27,312 bases of DNA from an uncultured archaeon (GCA_964549685.1 CAZJVE010000015.1:1-27312); one strand, 5' to 3'. Counted from the first letter of the stretch, positions 1 to 8,682 are shown. Notes: generated by a model not told the origin, from the sequence alone. Translations and numbers: made by a program.

Positions 1-90
1 CATATAAATAAATAATTCTAATATATCTAATAAAACAGATATATTAAAATAAATATATAAAAAATAATCAAAAATCCGGAAAATAAACAT

Positions 91-1575
91 TCAATGTGAG
101 AGTTCCTCCGGATTGAGGGGCATGCTCTTCATCCTGTGCTTTCTGATTATGCTCTGCAGCTTTTCGGAGTCAACCCCCGTTTCCGATAGCTTCTGCAGGA
201 TTTTCTTTCTCTCATCTATTATCTTTTCCACATCGAAGCCCATGGGCTCCAGCATATTGCTAAGATTCCTGTATATCGTGCTCTCGTGGAGAAGGAGGTT
301 CATCGAGTCAGTCTTCTGGTCCCATCTGCATACGTCCTTCATAATCATATCATCCTCCCTGTAGTATGTCTCTGCAATCTCTATAATCCTCCTCTGGATT
401 CCGGCCTTCTTGCTGAAGACCCTCTGCACCATTACGACAAGGTCAAGCCCGGACAGGAGCGGCTTTGGCACGTCCAGCGGCGTGTGCGTGAGCCTAATAA
501 CCAAATCATCGATTGTATTCGCGTGTATGGTGCCCATGCAGCCGTCGTGGCCGGAATTCATCGCAATGAACAGGCTCTTGGCCTCTGGTCCACGCATCTC
601 ACCTATTATTATCCTGTCGGGCCTGGCCCTCAGGGCATTTCTCACCAGGATGTTCATGTTAATGACCTTGCCCAGGGACCCCTTATCCGTGGCTCCAAAG
701 TACCTGGTTTCGAATCTCACCCTGTTCGGATGGTTCGGGTGCAGCTCCTCGGAGTCCTCAATGGTAATCACTCTCTCACCATGCGGCACGAAGCCAAGCA
801 TTGCGTTCAGCAGTGTAGTCTTCCCAGAGGCAGTTCCGCCGCCTATCAGGATATTGGCCGGTTTGACGTACAGGCCATCGGTACACGTCCACAGGAACGC
901 GGCAACATCAACCGAAAGCATATGGCTCCTTATCAAATCGACCAGGTTCATACTGCCTGGGATGAATTTTCTGATTGTCATCGAGGGCCCGTCCAGAGAA
1001 ACCGGCGGTATCCCCACGTTGATTCTGATATCCTCGGCCAATTTGGCATCCAGCAGCGGATTCTTGAAGTTGACCTCCCTCCCTATCTTGATGCATATGT
1101 TGTGTATCAGCGATAGAATCTCATCGTCCGAGTCGAATTTTATGTTCGTATTGCACGTTCCGAATTCCCTATGTACGACAAAGACCGGCAGCTTAGAGCC
1201 GGATATCATTATCTCCTCAAGGCCATCATCAGAGATGAGCGCGTCTATCCTGCCATAGCCGATTGTTTCCTTTATGAGCTCCCCCTTTATCAGCTCTCTC
1301 CTTGCTTCCGAAATACCGCTGAGTCCGTCCATAAGGGACTGAATCCCGTCCATGAACTTTATCTTGTCCTCGGGAGCTGCTATGGAATACCCGATATCCG
1401 GCAGGATTCCCCTTGAGAGATCCACCCGCATCTTGTCCTTTGCCCTCTTCTCCGCTGCTGAGAGCTCCGTGGCATGCAGATAGTACAGTGGAATCTCCAC
1501 GTCCCTGACCTTGAAAATCTTCACGTTGTCGTACTCCTTCAGAACCTTCTGGACCTTTACCTTCTCATTAGCCAT
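91..1575 (-). CDS. Type II/IV secretion or type IV pilus assembly ATPase (VirB11/TadA/CpaF family), paralogue 2
   Basis: Walker A GGTASGKTT, Asp box ITIEDSEEL, Walker B PDRIIIGEMRG, His box SGHDGCMGTIHAN. Start moved to ATG at 1575 (MANEKV), which is preceded by SD-like GAGAGGT and overlaps the upstream gene's stop. Confidence 0.93.
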   Translation of the reverse strand: MANEKVKVQKVLKEYDNVKIFKVRDVEIPLYYLHATELSAAEKRAKDKMRVDLSRGILPDIGYSIAAPEDKIKFMDGIQSLMDGLSGISEARRELIKGELIKETIGYGRIDALISDDGLEEIMISGSKLPVFVVHREFGTCNTNIKFDSDDEILSLIHNICIKIGREVNFKNPLLDAKLAEDIRINVGIPPVSLDGPSMTIRKFIPGSMNLVDLIRSHMLSVDVAAFLWTCTDGLYVKPANILIGGGTASGKTTLLNAMLGFVPHGERVITIEDSEELHPNHPNRVRFETRYFGATDKGSLGKVINMNILVRNALRARPDRIIIGEMRGPEAKSLFIAMNSGHDGCMGTIHANTIDDLVIRLTHTPLDVPKPLLSGLDLVVMVQRVFSKKAGIQRRIIEIAETYYREDDMIMKDVCRWDQKTDSMNLLLHESTIYRNLSNMLEPMGFDVEKIIDERKKILQKLSETGVDSEKLQSIIRKHRMKSMPLNPEELSH

Positions 1576-3034
1576 TTTCGTTACCTCTCGATTTAAGGAG
1601 AGTCTCCAGGTTCGCAGTGTGCCCTTTAATCGCACCGAGAATCTCGTCAGGACCCGCATCCCTTTCTATAAGGCCCTCCAGAATCCCCTCCCTCTTTTCC
1701 AGTATATCCTCAATATCGATACCCATGGAATTCAACGTGCTTGCAAACCTTGAGTATATGATGCTATCGCTCTTTTTGAATTCTATGCTCCCGCCTTCAA
1801 CATCCCACTCGAATATCCTGTTCAGGACCACCTCGTCGCCTCTCTTTATCACCTCTGACACCTCGGTAATCTTTCTCATGATACCGTGCTCTCCGCCGAA
1901 CACCCTCCTCTGCAGTATTATCAAATCAAGTCCGACAAGCAGCGGATTTGGCACGTCCATCGGAGGGTTCGTGAGCCGTGTAATCGCATCATCGACAGAG
2001 TTCGCGTGTATGGTGCCCATGCAGCCGTCGTGGCCGGAATTCATCGCAACGAAGAGGCTCCTTGCCTCGTGACCCCTCATCTCCCCGACGACAATCCTGT
2101 CCGGCCGCATCCTGAAGGCATTCTTTATCAGCATCTCCATGTTTATCCCGCCCCCCTCTCTGACACCCATGGAGAAGGTCTCCATTCTGGACCGGTTCTG
2201 GTGTATGGGTCTCAGTTCCTCTGTGTCCTCTACGGTGACCATCCGCTCGTCCTCCGGGACGAAGGTAATTATGGCATTGAGCGTCGTTGTCTTACCGCTT
2301 GCGGAGCCCCCCACAATCAGTATATTGGCCGGTTTTATGCACATCCCGTCAACGCATACCCAGAGAAAGGCGGCCAAATCCGTGGTCATCGTCTTATTCC
2401 CCAGTAGGTCGACTATGGTCATGGGAGCAGTCCTGAACTGCCTGATTGTCATCGAGGGCCCGTCAAGGGAAACCGGAGGAATGACAAGGTTTATCCTCAT
2501 GTTCTCCGAGAGCCTGGCATCCAGCATGGGGTTCTTGAAGGTAATCTCCTTACCCAGCAGGGTTGCGATATTCTGAATCAGGTCCATCAGCTCCCTGTCG
2601 GAACCGAACTGGATGTTTGTCACGCAGGTCCCATAGTCCCTGTGAACAACAAAGACCGGCAGCTTCGAGCCGGAGACCATTATCTCCTCCAAGTTTTCGT
2701 CTCCCAGCAGGACGTCCACGGGCCCGTAACCGACCGTTTCATCAATCACCTTCTGCCTGATTATCTTTCTCTTCTCGTCCGAGAATTTATGGTGCTTTTT
2801 CAGCAGCTTCCCCAGCTCCTGGTCTATGATTGCTCTCCTCTCGCTCAGCATCTCGATGTCCTCAATGTCCTGGAGCATCTTTTCCTTCACTGCTACCTTG
2901 AGCTTCTCCTTGAATTTGTTCTCCTCCTCGGACAGCGTTGTCTGCGGCACATAATAGAGGGGCGTGGATATGCCCTCCACCCTCATTATCCTGATTCCAT
3001 TACCACGGTCCTCCAGAGTCTCCTGAACTTTCAT
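1568..3034 (-). CDS. Type II/IV secretion or type IV pilus assembly ATPase (VirB11/TadA/CpaF family), paralogue 1
   Basis: Walker A GGSASGKTT, VTVEDTEEL, PDRIVVGEMRG, SGHDGCMGTIHAN. Start moved to ATG at 3034 (MKVQET) because the ORF-track extension to 3367 is antisense to the amidohydrolase. Confidence 0.93.
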   Translation of the reverse strand: MKVQETLEDRGNGIRIMRVEGISTPLYYVPQTTLSEEENKFKEKLKVAVKEKMLQDIEDIEMLSERRAIIDQELGKLLKKHHKFSDEKRKIIRQKVIDETVGYGPVDVLLGDENLEEIMVSGSKLPVFVVHRDYGTCVTNIQFGSDRELMDLIQNIATLLGKEITFKNPMLDARLSENMRINLVIPPVSLDGPSMTIRQFRTAPMTIVDLLGNKTMTTDLAAFLWVCVDGMCIKPANILIVGGSASGKTTTLNAIITFVPEDERMVTVEDTEELRPIHQNRSRMETFSMGVREGGGINMEMLIKNAFRMRPDRIVVGEMRGHEARSLFVAMNSGHDGCMGTIHANSVDDAITRLTNPPMDVPNPLLVGLDLIILQRRVFGGEHGIMRKITEVSEVIKRGDEVVLNRIFEWDVEGGSIEFKKSDSIIYSRFASTLNSMGIDIEDILEKREGILEGLIERDAGPDEILGAIKGHTANLETLLKSRGNENG

Positions 3035-3071
3035 TATATCCCTTATTGTATTAGAATCGGGATAAATTAAT

Positions 3072-4118
3072 ATGTTATCCGTAAATTCCTCCTTTCTGGT
3101 GGGCGAGGACTTTGAGCTGCTCGAGGAGGGCCACCTGGTGGTTGAGAAGGGCAGGATAAAAGAGGTCAATGACGGCTTCATAACCGGAGGAACCGATGCA
3201 AAGGACCTTCTCTGCATCCCGGCCCTGATTAATGCGCATACGCACATCGGGGATTCCTTCGCCAAGGAGGCCGCCCTCGGTCTCCCGGCAGGAGAGGCAA
3301 TGGGCCAGGATGGCCTGAAATGGGAGCTGTATAAAAAGGCGAACAGCCAGCAAATTCTCAGGGCCATGAGGGATTCCGTTCAGTATATGCTAAATTCAGG
3401 AATTTCCTGTTTTGCAGACTTCAGAGAGGGCGGAATTCAGGGGGCAGACCTTCTCAGAAAGGCAACCGAGGGGATTCCCGTCAGACCCATTATCCTCGGC
3501 AGAGACGACGGCATAGAGAACTTCGACGGCCTGGGACTCAACCCCTGGCAGCTGGACCAGATTCCAGCCAACGGCAAGGGCCTGGTTGCAGTCCATGCAG
3601 GAGAATCCAAGGGAGAGACAGCCGAGGCCCTTGCAAAGAACCCGGACATCATCGTCCACTTCACACTCGCAACAAAAGAGGACGTCGCAACGGCGGCAAG
3701 AAAGAAGGTCTCCGTCGTTCTCTGCTCCAGGGCAAACGCGCTCCTCGGGGTCGGAATCCCCCCGGTCAGGGAGCTTCTTGACCGCGGAGTCAATGTCGCC
3801 ATAGGCACGGACAACGTAATATTGAATTCCCCGTCTCTATGGAGAGAGCTTGAATTCATATCGAAGTTATCCTACTTAAAGAAAGGAATCTCTCCTGCTG
3901 ACATCCTCAGGATGGCCACCTCGAACGCTGCAAAAGCATTCGGCCTGAACTCTGGGATAATAAAGAAGGGAAAGCAGGCCGACCTCATATTCCTCGACAG
4001 GAACGCCCCGAACCTCAGGGAAAACAAAAACCTTCTGGCAGCAATAGTCCACAGGACGGAGCCTGAGAACGTAAGAAAGATAATGATAGCGGGAGAATTC
4101 GCGGTGGAGAAGGACTAG
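3072..4118 (+). CDS. Metal-dependent amidohydrolase / deaminase superfamily protein
   Basis: HxH motif PALINAHTHIGD, VHAGES, VHFT, IGTDN and C-terminal GKQADLI. Substrate cannot be assigned from sequence. Confidence 0.88.
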   Translation: MLSVNSSFLVGEDFELLEEGHLVVEKGRIKEVNDGFITGGTDAKDLLCIPALINAHTHIGDSFAKEAALGLPAGEAMGQDGLKWELYKKANSQQILRAMRDSVQYMLNSGISCFADFREGGIQGADLLRKATEGIPVRPIILGRDDGIENFDGLGLNPWQLDQIPANGKGLVAVHAGESKGETAEALAKNPDIIVHFTLATKEDVATAARKKVSVVLCSRANALLGVGIPPVRELLDRGVNVAIGTDNVILNSPSLWRELEFISKLSYLKKGISPADILRMATSNAAKAFGLNSGIIKKGKQADLIFLDRNAPNLRENKNLLAAIVHRTEPENVRKIMIAGEFAVEKD

Positions 4119-4867
4119 TCCTCAGCCCCCTCTTCGCATCTCCTGACAAAAGACCTTATATCCCCTGCCCTGTAGCTCTCCTTGCTTGTATCCGTATAAA
4201 TCTCACCCGTCGAAACGCAGATGTACTGCGGCACTCCCTCGGGAATGTTCAGGAAGCCGTCCAGGCAGGCCATCTGGTCATTCACGTCCCGGCTCGTCGA
4301 CTCCTCCTTCAGCCACAGGAAATTATGCCCCTCATCCTCAATCTCATCCACCATCCAGTAGCTCCTGTTGCACGACTTGCAGGATTCCGAGTAGTGAAAA
4401 GCGACCGTGTCCCTGCTTATGTTAATGTCAGCAAGGCAGTTCTGCATCTGCTTCAGATAACCATCAGATAGATAGCATGCGTTCTCATGATTCGTGAGGC
4501 ATAGAAACTGCAGGACATTGTACCTGTTCAGGGCGGAAACCATCGTCGATATATTGCCCCTGTCGTCCTCCTCCTTCATGACGACCAGATGCGGGAAGGG
4601 AACGCCGTCGTTCTGATAGATTCCAACCTCGAGATTCAGGTCCCCGAACATATCGGCAATAGCAGAAACATCGCATCCATCGCACCCCGGGGGATACAGA
4701 TAGATAAACTCAATCCCCCCTTTGTCGGTGGGGCAGACGCGCTGCTCGCAGTCGGGGCAGTCAACCCCTGGGCACTCCTTCCCCAGGTTCATCAGCAGTA
4801 TCGCCCCAATTCCGAGCACGAGTATCAAAGCAATTATGGCTAGCGGCTTCTGCTTGTCATCGACCAT
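4115..4867 (-). CDS. Membrane-anchored Cys-rich protein with two putative thioredoxin-like CxxC domains
   Basis: N-terminal hydrophobic anchor; CPGVDCPDC stalk; FIYLYPPGCDGC...GVPFP and AFHYSESCKSC...GVPQY. Confidence 0.7.
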   Translation of the reverse strand: MVDDKQKPLAIIALILVLGIGAILLMNLGKECPGVDCPDCEQRVCPTDKGGIEFIYLYPPGCDGCDVSAIADMFGDLNLEVGIYQNDGVPFPHLVVMKEEDDRGNISTMVSALNRYNVLQFLCLTNHENACYLSDGYLKQMQNCLADINISRDTVAFHYSESCKSCNRSYWMVDEIEDEGHNFLWLKEESTSRDVNDQMACLDGFLNIPEGVPQYICVSTGEIYTDTSKESYRAGDIRSFVRRCEEGAED

Positions 4868-4901
4868 AGTCTAATAATAAGAATCAGTATTGAAAAATCC
4901 C

Positions 4902-5942
4902 CTACAGGCCGTCCAGGACCTCTATCAGCTTCTTGTTCTCCTCCGCGGTCCCGACGGTAATCCTCACGTACTCTCCCTCAAAGCCCTCGAATTTTCCAAA
5001 GCACCTGACGATAATCTTCTCCTGCATAAGCCGGTCGAAGAACTCCCTGGCCTTCATGGGGGAAACATCCGCAAACACGAAATTGCCCTCCGACTTGAAC
5101 GCTTTGAATTTCCCGGCGAGCTTTTCAAGGAGAATTTCCCTGTCTTTCTTTATATTTTCAACCGTCTCCTTCATGTAACTCACACTATCGATTGCTGCAA
5201 TCCCCGCCCCCAGGGCCAGAGAATTCACGTTGAACGGGAGCCTGACCTTCGACAGCAGCTCAACAATCTCCTTGCTGGCAACAAGATAGCCCAGCCTCAG
5301 CCCCGCAAGCGCGAAGGCCTTCGCGAAGGTCCGCATGACAACCAGGTTCGGGAATTCCTCCAGCAGGGGGATTACACTCTTCCCATAAAACTCCACGTAT
5401 GCCTCATCAACCACGGTCAGCTTCCCGAGCTCGAGAACCTTCCTGACATCCTCCTCGGAAATAACTCCTCCTGTGGGGCTGTTCGGCGAGCACAGGAAGA
5501 GAACCTCCGCATCCTTCGCCTTGTTGACGAATTCCTCAGCAGGAAACGAAAAGTCATCGTTCAGATTAACCTCGTCATACTCCTCACCCAGAATCCCTGC
5601 AACCAATCTGTACTCGGCAAAAGCCGGCCTGAAACTCAGGACCGGGCCCTTGAACGTCTTCAGAAGCATGTCAATCAGCTCATCGGAGCCGTTGCCCAGC
5701 AGGATGTTCTCTGCCTTTGTTCCGCAATAGCCGGCAATCTTCTTCCTCGCCTCCCGGAACCTGTATGGATAGACATTCACCCTCCCCGACTCCTTCTTTA
5801 GGGTCTCAACTACCTGGGGCGAAGGGCCATAATTGTTCTCATTCGATGCGAGCTTTATGTAGCCCTCCCGCATCTTCCCCGGCTCGTATACATCCAGCCC
5901 GGAAATCCAGGGCCTTGCACATCCGGCAGCATTAAATTCCAT
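4902..5942 (-). CDS. hisC: Histidinol-phosphate aminotransferase (PLP-dependent class I/II)
   Basis: YEPGK, KLASNENNYGPSP, GNGSDELI, CSPNSPTG, VDEAYVEF and the PLP-lysine motif RTFAKAFALAGLRLGY. Confidence 0.88.
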   Translation of the reverse strand: MEFNAAGCARPWISGLDVYEPGKMREGYIKLASNENNYGPSPQVVETLKKESGRVNVYPYRFREARKKIAGYCGTKAENILLGNGSDELIDMLLKTFKGPVLSFRPAFAEYRLVAGILGEEYDEVNLNDDFSFPAEEFVNKAKDAEVLFLCSPNSPTGGVISEEDVRKVLELGKLTVVDEAYVEFYGKSVIPLLEEFPNLVVMRTFAKAFALAGLRLGYLVASKEIVELLSKVRLPFNVNSLALGAGIAAIDSVSYMKETVENIKKDREILLEKLAGKFKAFKSEGNFVFADVSPMKAREFFDRLMQEKIIVRCFGKFEGFEGEYVRITVGTAEENKKLIEVLDGL

Positions 5943-5975
5943 CCTAGAATAAGATTGGGACTGAGGTTAAATTAA

Positions 5976-6839
5976 TTATAGTAACTTCACTATTGTGGCG
6001 CCTACAGACACCCCGATATCATCTGCCACGGGCCTGCACTTCGCCTTCATCAGCAAAGCAACCTTTCCCTTCAGTATGTCCGGCCTGTCAACCAGTGTCT
6101 CATAGCAGGCCATCCCCTTCGCGATTATCAAATCCGCCTCTTCCCACGCCTTTTGAAACTCCTTGGGAGTCTTCTCGAACCACACCCCAATAAAATCACC
6201 CCGCGGCAGGATTTCCCCTTCAATGCCGACCCTCTTCAAATCCTCAACACACGCGTCGTCCTGCACGGGTCTGGAGAGCGGCGCCACAGTAACCCGTGCA
6301 TAATTCCTCAATTCTTCAATAAATATTTTATCCAAAACCAATTCCCCTGCATTATCCGTAACGTAGAGGATTCTCTCTGCCTTCTTCACCCTCTCATAAA
6401 CCCTCTCGCTGTCATCTATCTCCGCATCCCCCTCGACAATATCCATAATCTCATCCTCCAGCCTGTCGAGATTAACCTGATGGTCTCTTGCGCCGAACTC
6501 TATTATATTGCCTGCCAGGGCCATCCTCAATGCAGTCCTGAACCTCTCCTCCCCCTCAAGCCCCTTTAGATGCTCCTCGAGCCTCGGATACAGCTCAAGG
6601 GCGGCGTCCATGGACTCATCCTTCAGATGCCTCATCGGGTCTTTGTTCTTCGTAATCTCCTCAAGAATCCTGTTCCTCTCATTGGCCAAGGCGGTTGTCG
6701 ACATATCCGGGGAAATTCTCTCAGAGAAAAGCCTGCAGACATCCCTCACGACCCTGTACCTCGTCTCCTCACTCTCGTTCTCACAGAACATCAGCACTCT
6801 CCTGAGCATACACGGTCCGCATTCCGGATAAAGCTTCAT
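5976..6839 (-). CDS. DUF89 / ARMT1-like damage-control metal-dependent phosphatase
   Basis: N-terminal ECGPC, DPMRHLK, AGNIIEFG, YVTDNAGE, IIAKGMACYE, KAKC. Start moved to ATG at 6839 (MKLYPEC). Confidence 0.88.
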   Translation of the reverse strand: MKLYPECGPCMLRRVLMFCENESEETRYRVVRDVCRLFSERISPDMSTTALANERNRILEEITKNKDPMRHLKDESMDAALELYPRLEEHLKGLEGEERFRTALRMALAGNIIEFGARDHQVNLDRLEDEIMDIVEGDAEIDDSERVYERVKKAERILYVTDNAGELVLDKIFIEELRNYARVTVAPLSRPVQDDACVEDLKRVGIEGEILPRGDFIGVWFEKTPKEFQKAWEEADLIIAKGMACYETLVDRPDILKGKVALLMKAKCRPVADDIGVSVGATIVKLL

Positions 6840-6881
6840 AGTGGTATTTATATACGCCTGCACATATTTATCTCAGACAAA

Positions 6882-7166
6882 ATGACGATCAAATTCATCG
6901 AGAAGAAGAAGGAGTCCGTTGAGGTGGAGTTCGACGACAAGGTCCTCCCCAACCTCCTGAGGACAGACCTTATCGAGCACGGACTGGACTCATACTGCCA
7001 CGACCCCCACCCACTGGTTCCTGGCTACAGGTTGCACGTGGACGCGAAGGACGCCATGAAGGAGCTTAAGGGCTCGGTCAAGAGGGTTGAGAAGGACTGG
7101 AAGGATTTTGGCAAGGCCGTAGCCAAGGCAGCCGCAACCAAAAAGAAACCTGCTTCTAAGAAGTAA
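6882..7166 (+). CDS. rpoL: Divergent RNA polymerase subunit Rpo11 (RpoL)-like protein
   Basis: 94 aa from ATG 6882. Pattern MTIKFIEK..SVEVEF..LPNLLRTDL..Y..PHPL..RLHV..DAMKELK resembles RpoL, but the usual GEDHT segment is missing. Basic Lys/Ala tail. Confidence 0.6.
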   Translation: MTIKFIEKKKESVEVEFDDKVLPNLLRTDLIEHGLDSYCHDPHPLVPGYRLHVDAKDAMKELKGSVKRVEKDWKDFGKAVAKAAATKKKPASKK

Positions 7167-7174
7167 TTTCCTGA

Positions 7175-7190
7175 GAAAGATATTTATATA
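7175..7190 (+). promoter_or_regulatory. Putative BRE/TATA promoter of the wHTH operon
   Basis: Purine-rich GAAAGA followed by TATTTATATA, about 45 nt upstream of ATG 7236. SD-like GGTGGT lies before the ATG. Confidence 0.55.
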
Positions 7191-7235
7191 TGTTCCTATA
7201 TATTTATTGGAGTATATACATTTTTGGTGGTCATA

Positions 7236-7553
7236 ATGGAGGACGAAAAGAGCCTTATGGATTTGTTTCTGCACAAAAAACCCGTCGGTATTCTGTTGAG
7301 CCTGAAGGATTCTGAAGGAAAATACGCATCGATTCTTGCAAAGGAAACCGACTGCACCTATACACACGCATTGAAGATACTCTCCACCATGGAGGGGCAT
7401 GGCCTGCTTGAATTCAAGAAGGAGGGCAGGATAAAGGAGGTAATGCTTACAGACCTTGGAGCTGACATAGCCCACGACCTCGAAGGGGCCGTGAGGAGAC
7501 TTGAGAGGCTTCCCGAGCCAAAGAAGGAGGAAGCCGAGGAGGAGGAAGAATGA
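7236..7553 (+). CDS. Winged helix-turn-helix transcriptional regulator (MarR/ArsR-like)
   Basis: YASILAKETDCTYTHALKILSTMEGHGLLEFKKEGRIKEVMLTDLG reads as HTH plus wing. Acidic tail. ATG 7236 follows GGTGGT. Confidence 0.82.
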   Translation: MEDEKSLMDLFLHKKPVGILLSLKDSEGKYASILAKETDCTYTHALKILSTMEGHGLLEFKKEGRIKEVMLTDLGADIAHDLEGAVRRLERLPEPKKEEAEEEEE

Positions 7554-8104
7554 ACGGAATGGACCCCACCGCGCTCCTTACGAGTTACGGTGTGACGGAC
7601 ACGGACCTGATACTGGCCGGAATCCTCGTGTTCCTGGTTGTTCTAATCTCTCTGGTTATCGGGTCCAGGGGCAGATACACCCAAATCAGTAAATCTGTCA
7701 GGGGGTGCTCCAAGGAGCTGAAAAAGCACCAGAAGCTGATAGACTTCGTCGAGGCGAAAATCAGGAAGTATGAATCTACCGGTTCAGCAGAGGAGCTGGA
7801 ACACTGGAGCGGAATCGAGGACGAGCTCAGCGCCCTTGCCGATTTACCGAACATCGAGGACGCCGGGGAAGAGATAATACTCAGAACCCACATAGCCCAG
7901 TCCAGGAAGGACTACGTCGATGTTTCCGCAACGAAGGAGAGCATCGTAGTGGGCATAAGTGACGATGAGAGCATTCCCGTAAACGTCATCTATGGGATTC
8001 CCGTCGCCATAAACCCCAGCAAGCTGATTGTAACCTACAAGGGCAACACCCTGGAGATTCACGCCCCCAAGGAACTGATGAAGGTGGAAGAAAAGAAGGA
8101 ATAA
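7550..8104 (+). CDS. Single-TM protein with coiled coil and C-terminal Hsp20/alpha-crystallin-like domain
   Basis: TM LILAGILVFLVVLISLVI. C-terminus RKDYVDVSATKESIVV...IPVAINPSKLIVTYKGNTLEIHAPK resembles the sHSP pattern LPxxVDxxxxxAxYxNGxLEIxxPK. ATGA overlap with the upstream stop. Confidence 0.65.
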   Translation: MNGMDPTALLTSYGVTDTDLILAGILVFLVVLISLVIGSRGRYTQISKSVRGCSKELKKHQKLIDFVEAKIRKYESTGSAEELEHWSGIEDELSALADLPNIEDAGEEIILRTHIAQSRKDYVDVSATKESIVVGISDDESIPVNVIYGIPVAINPSKLIVTYKGNTLEIHAPKELMKVEEKKE

Positions 8105-8106
8105 AG

Positions 8107-8610
8107 ATGCTGCAACCAATCGCTATCAACGGCATCAGTGGAATTCTGCTGCTCATGATTGGACTCCTTAGTCTGATTCTTCTGGCACTCATATTCAGCG
8201 GTTCAAAAACCCATAAAGAGCTCGAGGCCGAGGCAGCGGAGGGCGCCACAAATGCGAAGAAGGCATCAGCAAAGCTCAAGAAGCTTTCCAACAAGGCCGA
8301 GAAACTGAGAAAGGAGCTCCACGGCAGGGAGGAGAAAGAGGTACTGACCGAGATGGGCAGGATAAGCAAGCTCTGGAGGTCCCGCAGGCAGCGCCTGAAG
8401 ATGGGAATCTGGGAGAAGATAGAAGCAGAACCAAAGGAGCTCAAAGGCCTGAAGAAAAAGGGCGAGGAGATAACCGACCTCATAGACCGGGCAAAGGCAA
8501 AGTACCACAAGAGGGAACTCGACGAGAAAAGCTTCAGGGAGATAGTCTCCGGCTACCAGAAGGAGCTCATGGAACTCAACCTCAGGATACGGGAGCTGGA
8601 GCGCGCATAG
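8107..8610 (+). CDS. Single-TM coiled-coil hypothetical protein
   Basis: Long N-terminal hydrophobic helix, then K/E-rich helical region ending AKAKYHKRELDEKSFREIV. Starts 2 nt after the upstream stop. Confidence 0.75.
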   Translation: MLQPIAINGISGILLLMIGLLSLILLALIFSGSKTHKELEAEAAEGATNAKKASAKLKKLSNKAEKLRKELHGREEKEVLTEMGRISKLWRSRRQRLKMGIWEKIEAEPKELKGLKKKGEEITDLIDRAKAKYHKRELDEKSFREIVSGYQKELMELNLRIRELERA

Positions 8611-8682
8611 AATCCCCCGGCCCACACTCACAACAGAATCCCCCAGCACATAACCTTCTCTAAAATTCCTCCAGCTAACTTC

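Noticed and set aside
1-90. Very AT-rich stretch at the window start as a possible origin or repeat
   Set aside because: Truncated by the window edge with no clear repeat unit; it is T-rich on the minus strand, compatible with an ordinary terminator or promoter region.
286-1258. Long + strand ORFs (286..1116, 410..1258)
   Set aside because: Antisense shadows of the ATPase with no recognisable motifs.
3035-3367. N-terminal 111-aa extension of the ATPase ORF (1568..3367)
   Set aside because: It is antisense to the well-supported amidohydrolase, has Ser/Pro-rich non-protein-like composition, and crosses the AT-rich divergent promoter.
4890-5801. 303-aa + strand ORF
   Set aside because: Antisense shadow of hisC.
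6570-6881. 5' extension of the RpoL-like ORF
   Set aside because: It overlaps DUF89 on the opposite strand; ATG 6882 follows a TATA-like TTTATATA.
8609-8648. Direct repeat AGAATCCCCC at 8609 and 8635 between convergent genes
   Set aside because: Only two 10-bp copies and no further structure; too weak to call.
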